Shown here one piece after another: positions 45,590 to 54,071 of a stretch of DNA of 64,000 nucleotides. Below the pieces are notes generated by a model. It was given only the letters and a program-made list of their open reading frames with translations, made no database searches and was not told the origin of the DNA. Made by a program: the position numbers and the translations under genes. How positions within the stretch are numbered: position 1 is the stretch's first letter; each line of letters opens with the position of its first letter. The stretch is from assembly GCA_963815195.1 (NCBI GenBank), contig CAWFGE010000012.1:608001-672000 (forward strand), in the 5' to 3' direction. Origin of the DNA: an uncultured Planctomycetaceae bacterium. Its GTDB lineage: Bacteria; Planctomycetota; Planctomycetia; Planctomycetales; Planctomycetaceae.

Positions 45590-45695
45590 GGGTGGCACGC
45601 CCCTGAGCGCAGCGAAGGGCGTGGTCTCTGTGATCGCCACGCCCTTCGCTGCGCTCAGGGGCGTGCCAGCCAACCGCTTACTTCGTGCGCGGCTC
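45590..45695. repeat. REP family C palindrome plus a REP family B unit, between the protease and decoration genes
   Basis: gggtggcacgcccctgagcgcagcgaagggcgtgg...ccacgcccttcgctgcgctcaggggcgtgccagcc, then cgcttacttcgtgcgcggctc. Confidence 0.9.
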
Positions 45696-45709
45696 TCTCG
45701 CACCTACGT

Positions 45710-46537
45710 TCAAAACCGCCGGAGGGCGGCGAGGAATTGCTCGTCCGTCACCGACGGAGCCAAGAAACCGGGATCGGGCAAACGCTCGCGGCTGAAGGGT
45801 CCGCTTTGCGAACGCGCGAGCGAATCCAGCAGGGTTTCGCGTTCGCCAATGAGCCGCCGGCGGGCTTCCGCGGACGGGGCCGCCAGCAGTTGCTCGCGAA
45901 AGACCTCCGTCACGGCGGCTTTCGGCAAGCGGGATTCTTCGAGCAGTTCCTGCACCTCGCGCTCGGTTTGCAGTTGTGCGAGTTCGGCTTTCAAGTCCGC
46001 GATTTGCGCTTTCAGCAAATCGCGCTCGCTTTCCGCGGCACTCTGCTGCTCCTGAAAGGATTGCGTGGTCGCGGGGAAGACGACGGCGTCCACGCTGACC
46101 ACGTCGTGAATCTTTTCCACCACGAGACCGTCGGCGGATTTCTCGGCGAGGATCACGTGGCTCATGCCGACCGCCGGCCCGTTGGACTCGGCCAAAGCGA
46201 GAAACGTCCGGCCGGCTTCGGTGTCGATCACACGGATGTCGCCGCGAATCCGCCCGCCTTCGTAGCGGACATTGACGACCGATCCCACCAAATCCCGCGT
46301 GCTCCGCTGATGCGGGTGCGTCCGCGAGGCGGCGTGATCGAGGAACACGGGCTTCTGCTCATACAAAGGCAGAGCCTTGGAAAGGGCCTCTTCCGAATAG
46401 CGGTAGCCGTTGCGGGATTCCAGCCCCGTCAAAGCCACGTTCTTGACGATCCGGTTTTCCGGATCGACTTGCACCTCGTGCGCAATCCAGTCGGCGATGT
46501 GTTCGGTCAGCGTTTGGCAAGTCGGAGATTCGGGCAT
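45710..46537 (-). CDS. Phage prohead maturation protease fused to a coiled-coil scaffold region
   Basis: SRNGYRYSEEAL, FLDH (catalytic His candidate), VGMSH (catalytic Ser candidate), SVDAVVFPAT, then a heptad-rich region LKAQIADLKAELAQL; RBS ggag. Confidence 0.78.
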   Translation of the reverse strand: MPESPTCQTLTEHIADWIAHEVQVDPENRIVKNVALTGLESRNGYRYSEEALSKALPLYEQKPVFLDHAASRTHPHQRSTRDLVGSVVNVRYEGGRIRGDIRVIDTEAGRTFLALAESNGPAVGMSHVILAEKSADGLVVEKIHDVVSVDAVVFPATTQSFQEQQSAAESERDLLKAQIADLKAELAQLQTEREVQELLEESRLPKAAVTEVFREQLLAAPSAEARRRLIGERETLLDSLARSQSGPFSRERLPDPGFLAPSVTDEQFLAALRRF

Positions 46538-46779
46538 CGCGGCACTCCAGCAAGGGAAAGGAAGTTTTCGTTTCTTACCCTACAGGAGTTGATTGCGCCA
46601 CAAGCCGATTTTTGAGTGCAAACGCTTTGCGACAAAGACGTTGGAAAAGCTGCGCGTCCGCGTTTTGTATGAAAACAGGTCCCGCAAGCCAGCCGGAACG
46701 CGCTCGCGTCCGGTTCTTCCCGGGAACCGGGGCTCGCGCCCTGCGGCTAATGAATGCGACGACTATTGCTCGCGTGATC

Positions 46780-46986
46780 CTAAACGCCGGACATTGCGAG
46801 TTGCTCTCGGCGATGAGAACGTTTCCTGGGCCGATTGGACTTCATCAGAGATTCGAGTTCCTCCAACGGCAGGCGGCGGAAATCGATGTTGGCTTGGGCG
46901 AGCATGTCGAGAAGCTCGAATCCCAATTCGCTTTCACAGAGGACGGATTCCACTTGACGATCGTTGTGTTGAGGCAAAGTTTGCAT
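46780..46986 (-). CDS. Small hypothetical protein (68 aa) upstream of the head module
   Basis: MQTLPQHND...LEELESLMKS; ATG preceded by aaagaga; no recognisable family. Confidence 0.45.
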   Translation of the reverse strand: MQTLPQHNDRQVESVLCESELGFELLDMLAQANIDFRRLPLEELESLMKSNRPRKRSHRREQLAMSGV

Positions 46987-47316
46987 GGCGTCAATCTCTT
47001 TCAGGGGGTGTATTCCGGTTGATCGCTCCGATCGAACGGACCACCCCCGTTGCAAGCCCCGTTCCCGAAGACGCGGGACGGCCGATGTAGAATTTGCAAT
47101 CGTCGCAAAAGGTTGGACAATGGGCAGGTGCGAACTTGCGTTTGCCGATTTTGTAAAGTTGACATTGCCGGCAAAGCGAAGCGATGTGTCTCACTCCCGC
47201 GACATTTGCTATCAATTTGATTGAAAGCGGAGAGCGGAACGCCGGACAAAAGGCGCTGCCATCGCGGAGCGATGGGCGACTTTCAAAAACGGAATCCAAT
47301 ACGGAGAGGACAACCC

Positions 47317-47631
47317 ATGAGCGAAACGAATCCTTCCGCGGCGGAAGCTCCCTGCCATCACGTGGTGTATCACGGCCGCGTGCAGGGCGTGGGGTTTCGG
47401 CTGACCGCCTGCCAGATCGCGCGGCGGTTTCCCGTCAGCGGCTACGTGAAGAACATGCCCAGCGGCACCGTGGAGATGGTGGTCCGCTCCGACCAGGCGG
47501 CGCTCGAGGATTTTCTCAAAGACGTCGAAGCCGCGTTCGAGGGCGACATCGACGACCGCGAAATCCGCGAAGCCACGCCCAACGAATGCTTCGACATCGA
47601 AACCCACGCCGGTTTCGAGATTCGTTATTGA
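47317..47631 (+). CDS. acyP: Acylphosphatase
   Basis: GRVQGVGFR, GYVKNMPSGTVE, C-terminal FEIRY. Confidence 0.93.
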   Translation: MSETNPSAAEAPCHHVVYHGRVQGVGFRLTACQIARRFPVSGYVKNMPSGTVEMVVRSDQAALEDFLKDVEAAFEGDIDDREIREATPNECFDIETHAGFEIRY

Positions 47632-47650
47632 TCCCCCGCCAAAACCGAAC

Positions 47651-47694
47651 GGATCCGGAAGCCCGTTCGCGCCACCGAACGGGCTTCCGGATCC
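47651..47694. terminator. Perfect 19-bp hairpin between convergent genes (possible bidirectional terminator)
   Basis: ggatccggaagcccgttcg / cgaacgggcttccggatcc. Confidence 0.6.
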
Positions 47695-47722
47695 AGGTTG
47701 ACTTCGGAATCTTCGCCGGGCG

Positions 47723-48952
47723 TTAGATCATGGGACCCCCGTTTTCGTCTTGGGGGGATTTCTCCGGATTCTCGATTTTCTGTTTGGCTTCCCGCATGGC
47801 TTTGAACGTGTCTTCGGTGTCGAGCCGGGAATATTCGATCGCTTTGTCGAGGGCGGGCATCACGAACTTCGCGGCTGAGCCGATGTTGCCCAAGGAGATC
47901 GCCGCCTGCTTCCGCACCTCGCCGTCTTTGTCTTCCAGCAAGCCGGCGAGGGCCTCGATCACGTCCTTGGGCGGTTGGCCGATTTGTCCCAACCGCCGAA
48001 CGGCGAGTTCGCGAACCTGGCCCCAAGGCAACTTTGCAAGCTGCGCCAGAACGCGCACGGCAAAAGGCTTGGCATCGGTTGGGAGTGCCTCGGCCTCCAG
48101 CGTTGCCAAATAAAACGCAGCGTCCACGCGGACGTATTCGCTGGGGTGGCGGCTCAGCACGGTCAAAGGCTCGACCATGACTTGCGGGTCGGCTTGGATG
48201 GCGATCAGGGTTTCCAAAATCAGCAGCGGATCGTACGCGGGAACCGCTTGCTCCCAACCGGCCCGGCCGTCCGTGATGATCCGCGGCCTCAGCACAATGC
48301 TCGTCAAAGGCAGCCGCGGCCGGTGGAGCAATTTCAACAGCGCCGCCTCCGCGGCCTTTCGTTCGCCATCGGGAAGAGCCGGCGGCGCGGTCTTTCGCTC
48401 TATCTCGGAAAGGGCGTCGCGCACGGCCTCGGCGTCGTCGCCGATCTTTTTGAGAGCCAACACGCTCGCATGCCCGATGAGCGGCGAGGGATGATTCACG
48501 CCCCACGTCCACAAGTCCGCGTGGTCTTTGAGCGAATCGTCGGCAATTTGCGCGAGCAGGTTTGCGACGATGTTCCACCGCGCGGGCCTCGTGGCCGGGT
48601 CGGATAGAATCTGATAAAGCGACGGTTCCGGCGAGTTGGAAAAGCCGGTTCCCGCGGCTTTCAATCGGATCAATACGATTGCGGCCGAGGCGGTGCGGGC
48701 TTCGTCCTCCGTGGTTTCGACGGGGGTTTTGAGCACATCCAGAAGACGCGGAATCCCCTTGTCTCCGAGAAGGACCAACTGGTTGGCGGCGTTTTGGCGA
48801 ATCCGCGATTCGGGATGGGAAAGGGCTTTGACCAGAAGCTCGGGGTCTTCCGTCGGGGTCTCGGTTAGGGGAGGCTGCGGACACGCGGCCGGCGGTGCGG
48901 AGAGAATCCCGCAAAGGACCAATAGCCAAACTCGCCGAAAAACGCCGTTCAT
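47723..48952 (-). CDS. Exported HEAT-repeat protein
   Basis: Signal peptide; LVKALSHPESRIRQNAA, LSRHPSEYVRVDAA, LLEDKDGEVRKQAAISLGNIG. Confidence 0.85.
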   Translation of the reverse strand: MNGVFRRVWLLVLCGILSAPPAACPQPPLTETPTEDPELLVKALSHPESRIRQNAANQLVLLGDKGIPRLLDVLKTPVETTEDEARTASAAIVLIRLKAAGTGFSNSPEPSLYQILSDPATRPARWNIVANLLAQIADDSLKDHADLWTWGVNHPSPLIGHASVLALKKIGDDAEAVRDALSEIERKTAPPALPDGERKAAEAALLKLLHRPRLPLTSIVLRPRIITDGRAGWEQAVPAYDPLLILETLIAIQADPQVMVEPLTVLSRHPSEYVRVDAAFYLATLEAEALPTDAKPFAVRVLAQLAKLPWGQVRELAVRRLGQIGQPPKDVIEALAGLLEDKDGEVRKQAAISLGNIGSAAKFVMPALDKAIEYSRLDTEDTFKAMREAKQKIENPEKSPQDENGGPMI

Positions 48953-49191
48953 GCTGCTGCCTCGGTGGATGGGAAAAAGACGATTGCGAATCGCGACTTC
49001 CTTTCAGCCTAAACGCGCGAACCGGGCAAATGGTAGAGGGAAAATCAACTTTTTTCTCCAAGCCCCGTCCGAAGCGAAATGAAAGCACCGGCTTGGCATG
49101 GTGCCACGGTCGGAATACGCGATTGCATTTTTCCGCGCGAACCGCGACGATGAACGAGTACGATTTTCTAGAGGAAACGGAGTAAGATCCG

Positions 49192-49785
49192 GTGAACCCC
49201 GACGAAGCCCGGCCCGGCGAATCTGTGGAGTCTCCTCCCGAACTCTTCGGCGAAGAGGAGCCGTTTTTGATGCGAGATGTCCCATCTCCCGGAGGAGGAA
49301 ATCCGCCCAGGCGATCATCCGGCGGACTATTCGCGGTGCTGGGATTGCTGGTTCCGGTGGTGTTGGGCGGGGTGACGGTGTTCGGCGTTTACTTTTTGTT
49401 CGTGGGCAATTGGCGCGACAACGCGTCCCGATCCGCCCCGAACGCGGACGATGCGCCGCAGGCAAAGCCCGAGGCCGCGCCCCGATCTTCCGTCGCTGAG
49501 ACGCCGCCGCAGGCTCCGTTTTTGTCCGGCGAAGAAACTCCGCTTGCGAACCCTCCAGAGCCCGCAGCGGAACCGGATCAACTTTCTTCCGCCGACCGCG
49601 AGGCGGTAGCGAAGGCCAAACAGCAACAGGCCGCGGCGGGCAAATTGCGGCTGGCGAAAAAGCTGCTCGATCGGAATCCCTCGGCGGCGGTGAATTGGTT
49701 TCGCGACGTGGCCCGGGCGTTCCCCGGCACCCCAGCGGCCCAAGAAGCCCAAGCCTGGCTCAAAGAGCACGGTCATCAGCCGTGA
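49192..49785 (+). CDS. Hypothetical single-TM protein with a Pro-rich linker and TPR-like C-terminal helices
   Basis: One TM segment; C-terminal AVNWFRDVARAFPGTPAAQEAQAWL. Confidence 0.65.
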   Translation: MNPDEARPGESVESPPELFGEEEPFLMRDVPSPGGGNPPRRSSGGLFAVLGLLVPVVLGGVTVFGVYFLFVGNWRDNASRSAPNADDAPQAKPEAAPRSSVAETPPQAPFLSGEETPLANPPEPAAEPDQLSSADREAVAKAKQQQAAAGKLRLAKKLLDRNPSAAVNWFRDVARAFPGTPAAQEAQAWLKEHGHQP

Positions 49786-49798
49786 TCGGAACCCGCCC

Positions 49799-50332
49799 AT
49801 GACGACAGAGCGCAGCCTCACGGTCTCGGCCCGGCGGTTGGCGGACGTGCTTGCGGAAAAAAAACGGCGAATCGTCTTTGCCGAAAGCTGCACGGGCGGG
49901 CTGGTGTCCAATGCGCTCACGCGGATTGCCGGAATCTCGGAATGGCTGTGCGGGTCGGCGGTGGTGTATCGGATCGAAACCAAAGCCGAGTGGCTGGGCA
50001 TCGGCCGCGACGTTCTGCAAAAGCCCGGGCCGGTCAGCCGGGTTGTGGCGACTTTGATGGCCGAGGGCGTCCTGGCCAAAACGCCCGAAGCGGACCTCGC
50101 CGCATCGGTTACGGGGCATCTGGGCCCGAACGCTCCCGCCCGGCAGGACGGGTTGATCTACGTCGGCCTTTCCCGCCGATCGAAGGAAGGCGAGCCGCCC
50201 CATACAATCGTCAAACGCCGCGTTCTCGAAGCGGGGGCGGACGGGACAACCGGCTTAAGGCTCCGCAACCGCCGGCAGCTCGCGGCGGCGGCATTCGTGT
50301 TGGATTCGGTCCTCGAAATCCTCACCAAATGA
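49799..50332 (+). CDS. CinA C-terminal / PncC nicotinamide-nucleotide amidohydrolase family
   Basis: FAESCTGGLVS, GISEW..GSAVVY, GPVS..VA..MAEG, SVTGHLGP. Confidence 0.9.
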   Translation: MTTERSLTVSARRLADVLAEKKRRIVFAESCTGGLVSNALTRIAGISEWLCGSAVVYRIETKAEWLGIGRDVLQKPGPVSRVVATLMAEGVLAKTPEADLAASVTGHLGPNAPARQDGLIYVGLSRRSKEGEPPHTIVKRRVLEAGADGTTGLRLRNRRQLAAAAFVLDSVLEILTK

Positions 50333-50450
50333 TCGGCGTCGGAAAAATCCAGCCGTCTGGAAAAATCGCAATTTGCCAGACAACGGTTTCTGACCTAAAG
50401 TTTTGGACAACGGGCCATTTCCGATGCCCTCTCTCCGGAACGACATCTTT

Positions 50451-50582
50451 ATGAACACGATCTATGGCTGGGTTGATTCGCTGCTCGAAACGTGGCACAA
50501 CGCGACGCTGGTGGACTACGGCCACCTCGTCCTGGCGGTTGTCGTGCTGGGGTGGTTTATCGCGAGAACGACCTCGCGTTAG
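50451..50582 (+). CDS. Small membrane protein, 43 aa (below the ORF-track cutoff)
   Basis: MNTIYGWVDSLLETWHNATLVDYGHLVLAVVVLGWFIARTTSR*; amphipathic N-terminus, TM helix and basic end; GC-rich third codon positions. Confidence 0.6.
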   Translation: MNTIYGWVDSLLETWHNATLVDYGHLVLAVVVLGWFIARTTSR

Positions 50583-50683
50583 CAGATGCGGGCTGCGTCT
50601 TCCGTAGCGGTGGCTTCTAGCCGCCGAGATCGATCCACGGCGGCAAGATCCCGCCGCTACGCTGTTTGCCTGCTGCTCTCTTT

Positions 50684-51983
50684 TCAATTCGGCGGCGGCG
50701 CTGAAGATGGGAGGCGGAGCGATCGGTGGCGGCGGCGCATCGTCGGCTTTTTCGTAGCCGGGATGCTCCGCGGTCCATTTCCGCCAGAACTCGGCGGGAT
50801 GCGTCTTCCGCCACAGCGCGAGCGCATTGCCCACGTGGCTGTAGAAGGTGTATTTGTCGTAAATGTCCGCGTCGGATTTGCTTGTCGTGTTGTCGATCAG
50901 CCAGCGGGCGGCTTTTTGCACGACCTCGCGGGGCGGATGCAATTCCGGCGGAGCGATCGCCAGCCATTCCAAATGATGCCCGGTCGCGATCACGTCCTGA
51001 AACTCCGCATCCGGCCGGGGATTCTCCACCGCGGCCCGGCCGTCGGGCCAGTTGGGCGGCCAATGCCCGTCGGGAAACTGCGACGCCCGAATCAAATCGC
51101 GGACCGTTTTCAAATACTCGAACACCGACTTGCTCGCCCGATCGGAGAGAATGTCGTACTCCTGATCGAGCCGCCATAACAGCATCAGCGAATACACCCG
51201 GTGCGTGCCGCTGCAGACGCCGATCTCCTTTTGCCCGCGCATCAGCCGGTCGGCGAGCATGTCGAACGTCACCGTGCGGCCGTCTTTCGTCCGCCAGGAT
51301 TTCATCGGCGGCAGCCACAGCGCAAAGGCCATCGTGGACCACTCGGTTTCCTGCTCTTCGAGGCGAAAGTCCCGCAGGGCTTCCTGGATCAAATCGTCCA
51401 CCGTCAAATCCCGGCCGGACGGAGCGTAAACTTTTTGATCGCGGCTCACGCCGGCTTCCGTCAGGCAGGCCAAGAGATGGTCGTGATGCACCGAGGTCTC
51501 TTGATGCTGCCCCCACCGCACCGCCACGCCGTGCGGACGATCGATGAGCAGCGGCTCGACGCCGCGGGATCGGTTGTCCGTCCAAGACGCGGCATACCGG
51601 CCGTGATCGAGAAGAAAGTCCCGCAGGTCCGCGCCGTTCATCACCGCCGGATCGTGAAATGTCGCCGAGACGCCCCACGCGCGGAGCGCGTGTTCGACGA
51701 AGTTGGGCTTCCGGCCTTTTGCGGGAAACTTCGGGCGGATCTTTTTGAGCACGGCGGCCAGGTCTGCCTCGCTGACCACGCTGGGATCGTCGTACAGCGG
51801 CGCGATCGTGAGCGGCGTGTTGCGCTCGATGGGGACTTTTGGATCAACCTCTTGCCGAAGCATGGTCTCGCGAAAGTCGCGCTCGGCCTCATCCGAAAGA
51901 CCGACATAAGCCGCCGCCACGACCGCAGCGAGCGCCAATTGCACCGCCAGGAAAACCGTCAAGGAAAGCCGCCGCTGCTTCAT
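50684..51983 (-). CDS. Conserved-type hypothetical membrane-anchored protein; true 3' end probably near 50684 after an indel near 50711
   Basis: N-terminal TM; NFVEHALR, SVHHDHLLACLTE, GVCSGTHRVYSL, QFPDGHW, IATGHHLEWLA, YTFYSHVGNAL. The ORF-track tail beyond APPP runs through a REP and the opposite-strand small gene. Confidence 0.7.
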
Positions 51984-52032
51984 GGGGATCTCGTTTGCCG
52001 AAGGATGTATTTTAAAAAGTTGGTAGGGACGT

Positions 52033-52110
52033 GGGTGGCACGCCCTGAGGAACGAAGGGCGTGGTCTCTTGATCGCCACGCCCTTCGCTGCGCTCAGGGA
52101 CGTGCCACCC
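52033..52110. repeat. REP family C palindrome
   Basis: gggtggcacgccctgaggaacgaagggcgtgg...ccacgcccttcgctgcgctcagggacgtgccaccc. Confidence 0.9.
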
Positions 52111-52154
52111 GTGCCACAAACGATCAAAGGGAAAGGCTCTCCGCTAGAACACAT

Positions 52155-52256
52155 CTTTGTGGCCTTTGCACCTTTGTGGCCTTTGCACCTTTGTGGCCTT
52201 TGCACCTTTGTGGCCTTTGCACCTTTGTGGCCTTTGCACCTTTGTGGCCTTTGCTC
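52155..52256. repeat. Tandem repeat, 17 bp x 6 (ctttgtggcctttgcac)
   Basis: Five perfect units and one single-mismatch unit; no spacers. Confidence 0.95.
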
Positions 52257-52266
52257 CTCAACAATC

Positions 52267-53928
52267 TCAAATCGGTTGCCGCCGCGTGAAGACGACGGCG
52301 AGGTCGTCCTCGTAATCCGTCTGCCAGGGGCCGTCGCGCTGGAGCTGCTCGATGGCGTCGGGGTGCATGGATTTGCTGAGCACGATCATGTTCACGCCGT
52401 ACACATCGAGAAGCTGCTCGTAGCCGACGCGGAGGTTCACGATATCAAAATAATGCCGCCACACCGTTTGGGGGATGTAATGCACATGCGAAGTCACGAA
52501 CACCGGCAATTCCTTCGGGCCGGCCCACACCAGATAATCGCCCCATTGGTAGCTGTTGAAAACCAGGCCGGGGGGCAACGTGTTTTCCTTGGCCCGTTTG
52601 TTGAGATAGTCCGTCACGCGGACGGGCGTCAGGTTTCCGACGGCTTTGGAGAAATTCGCCTCGTCGCCATGAAGAACCTTCTGGCCGAACGGAGCAAAGG
52701 CAAACGCGATCCACAACAGCCCCAAGCACGCGACGGTGTAGAGGCTGCTGCGGCGGGCCGGCTTGGGGGCGGGCTCTTGTTTCCGGTCATTTTTGAGGAC
52801 GGCATGGCCGTGGAGCACGAGCGAATACGCCGCGATCGGCGACCACCACACGAGAACGCGGGAGTAATAAAGCGCCATGCCGCCGAAGACGGTGAGCAAC
52901 AGAACCTCGGCACTTTTCACCCGCCGGGGCGACCAGCGGTAGAGAAACAACAGCACCAGCGCCGCAAAGGCCGTCGCGATGCCTTGGTTCATCCGCAACG
53001 TCAGCGGATCCCATTCCACCAGGTTCCGGAAGTTGGGGTTATTTGAAATCTCGAACACGGTGGCATAGATTCTGAGGCCATACGGGTTCAGCAAAACCGC
53101 CGCCGCCGAGAGTTCCAACAGCAGAAAATACCGCACCGTCCACGGATCCTTGATGACCGCCCCGATGCGGCGGGTCCGGCGTTCGATGTCGATGGCTCGA
53201 CCCGCGGCAAAACAGCCGAGCATCACGAGGCCCATCAGAAACGAGCCGTGCAGATTGACCCAGACCGCGAAGATCGCGGGAATCAGAATCCAATACGCTT
53301 TCCACCATCGGCGGGAGGTCAGGCACACGAACACCGCGATAAAGCACAACCAGCCGGCGAGCTGCGGGCGGATCAACGCCGCCGGATCGTAGACGCTGGG
53401 GGCATTGACGAACATCTGTTGCCAGGCCACGCCCGCAAACGCCGCCAATCCCAACACGGTGACCAAGGCATCGCCGGTGCGGTGATAAAACCGCCACGCC
53501 AAGAGTCCGAAGCAGAGAGTCAGCGAAGCCGCGTACAGAAACTGCAGGGCCGTCACGCCGAAGGCTTCGTAGCATTGGTAGCCGATGACCTGGCTGAGCC
53601 ACGCCGTGTCCACAAAGGGCACGCCCTGGGCGACCGGCAACAAAGGTTCGTTGTCCCACAGCGCATTTAAGCCCGACTGCGAGAGTTCCCGCCCATAAGC
53701 CAGATGCCCCCACAGATCCGTATGCCACAGCGGGCGGCGGCTTAGAAACCAAAACGCAGCCGACAACAGCGCCCAAATCGCGGCCGCGGTTTTCGAAATG
53801 CGGAACCAGGCCGGCATGCGATCTTCGAGCGCGCTCGCATCGGGCAGATCCCCGCGCGGGGCCTCTGTTTCCGTCGGAGCCTCTGTTTGCGTAGGCGTTT
53901 CCGTTTCAATCGGCGGCGGGGAATCCAC
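52267..53928 (-). CDS. Polytopic membrane protein, GT-C-like glycosyltransferase candidate
   Basis: HTDLWGHLAYG first-loop motif, RPQL, WVNLHGSF, LLNPYG, EWDP, FNSYQWGDYL; about 10 TM segments. Confidence 0.7.
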   Translation of the reverse strand: MDSPPPIETETPTQTEAPTETEAPRGDLPDASALEDRMPAWFRISKTAAAIWALLSAAFWFLSRRPLWHTDLWGHLAYGRELSQSGLNALWDNEPLLPVAQGVPFVDTAWLSQVIGYQCYEAFGVTALQFLYAASLTLCFGLLAWRFYHRTGDALVTVLGLAAFAGVAWQQMFVNAPSVYDPAALIRPQLAGWLCFIAVFVCLTSRRWWKAYWILIPAIFAVWVNLHGSFLMGLVMLGCFAAGRAIDIERRTRRIGAVIKDPWTVRYFLLLELSAAAVLLNPYGLRIYATVFEISNNPNFRNLVEWDPLTLRMNQGIATAFAALVLLFLYRWSPRRVKSAEVLLLTVFGGMALYYSRVLVWWSPIAAYSLVLHGHAVLKNDRKQEPAPKPARRSSLYTVACLGLLWIAFAFAPFGQKVLHGDEANFSKAVGNLTPVRVTDYLNKRAKENTLPPGLVFNSYQWGDYLVWAGPKELPVFVTSHVHYIPQTVWRHYFDIVNLRVGYEQLLDVYGVNMIVLSKSMHPDAIEQLQRDGPWQTDYEDDLAVVFTRRQPI

Positions 53929-54071
53929 AAACTCTCCCTCGGGGCGTTTCAAGTCGAATGCGAAATCTCACACGTTCTAAATTAGGTTCAGGAGCCCGTG
54001 CGCGGAAAGGGGAATTTGTCCCCCTCGGCGTCTTCGGGCGAATTGAAAATGTTTTTCCGGATGTGTTGACT

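Noticed and set aside
43361..46537. Intact prophage
   Set aside because: Only about 3.2 kb of head genes; no integrase, replication, packaging, tail or lysis genes, and host genes lie on both sides.
50322..50683. C-terminal extension of the 627-aa ORF
   Set aside because: It runs through a hairpin repeat and an opposite-strand small gene; a one-base correction gives a natural stop near 50684.
52155..52256. Possible CRISPR array (17-bp repeats)
   Set aside because: Pure tandem repeat without spacers.
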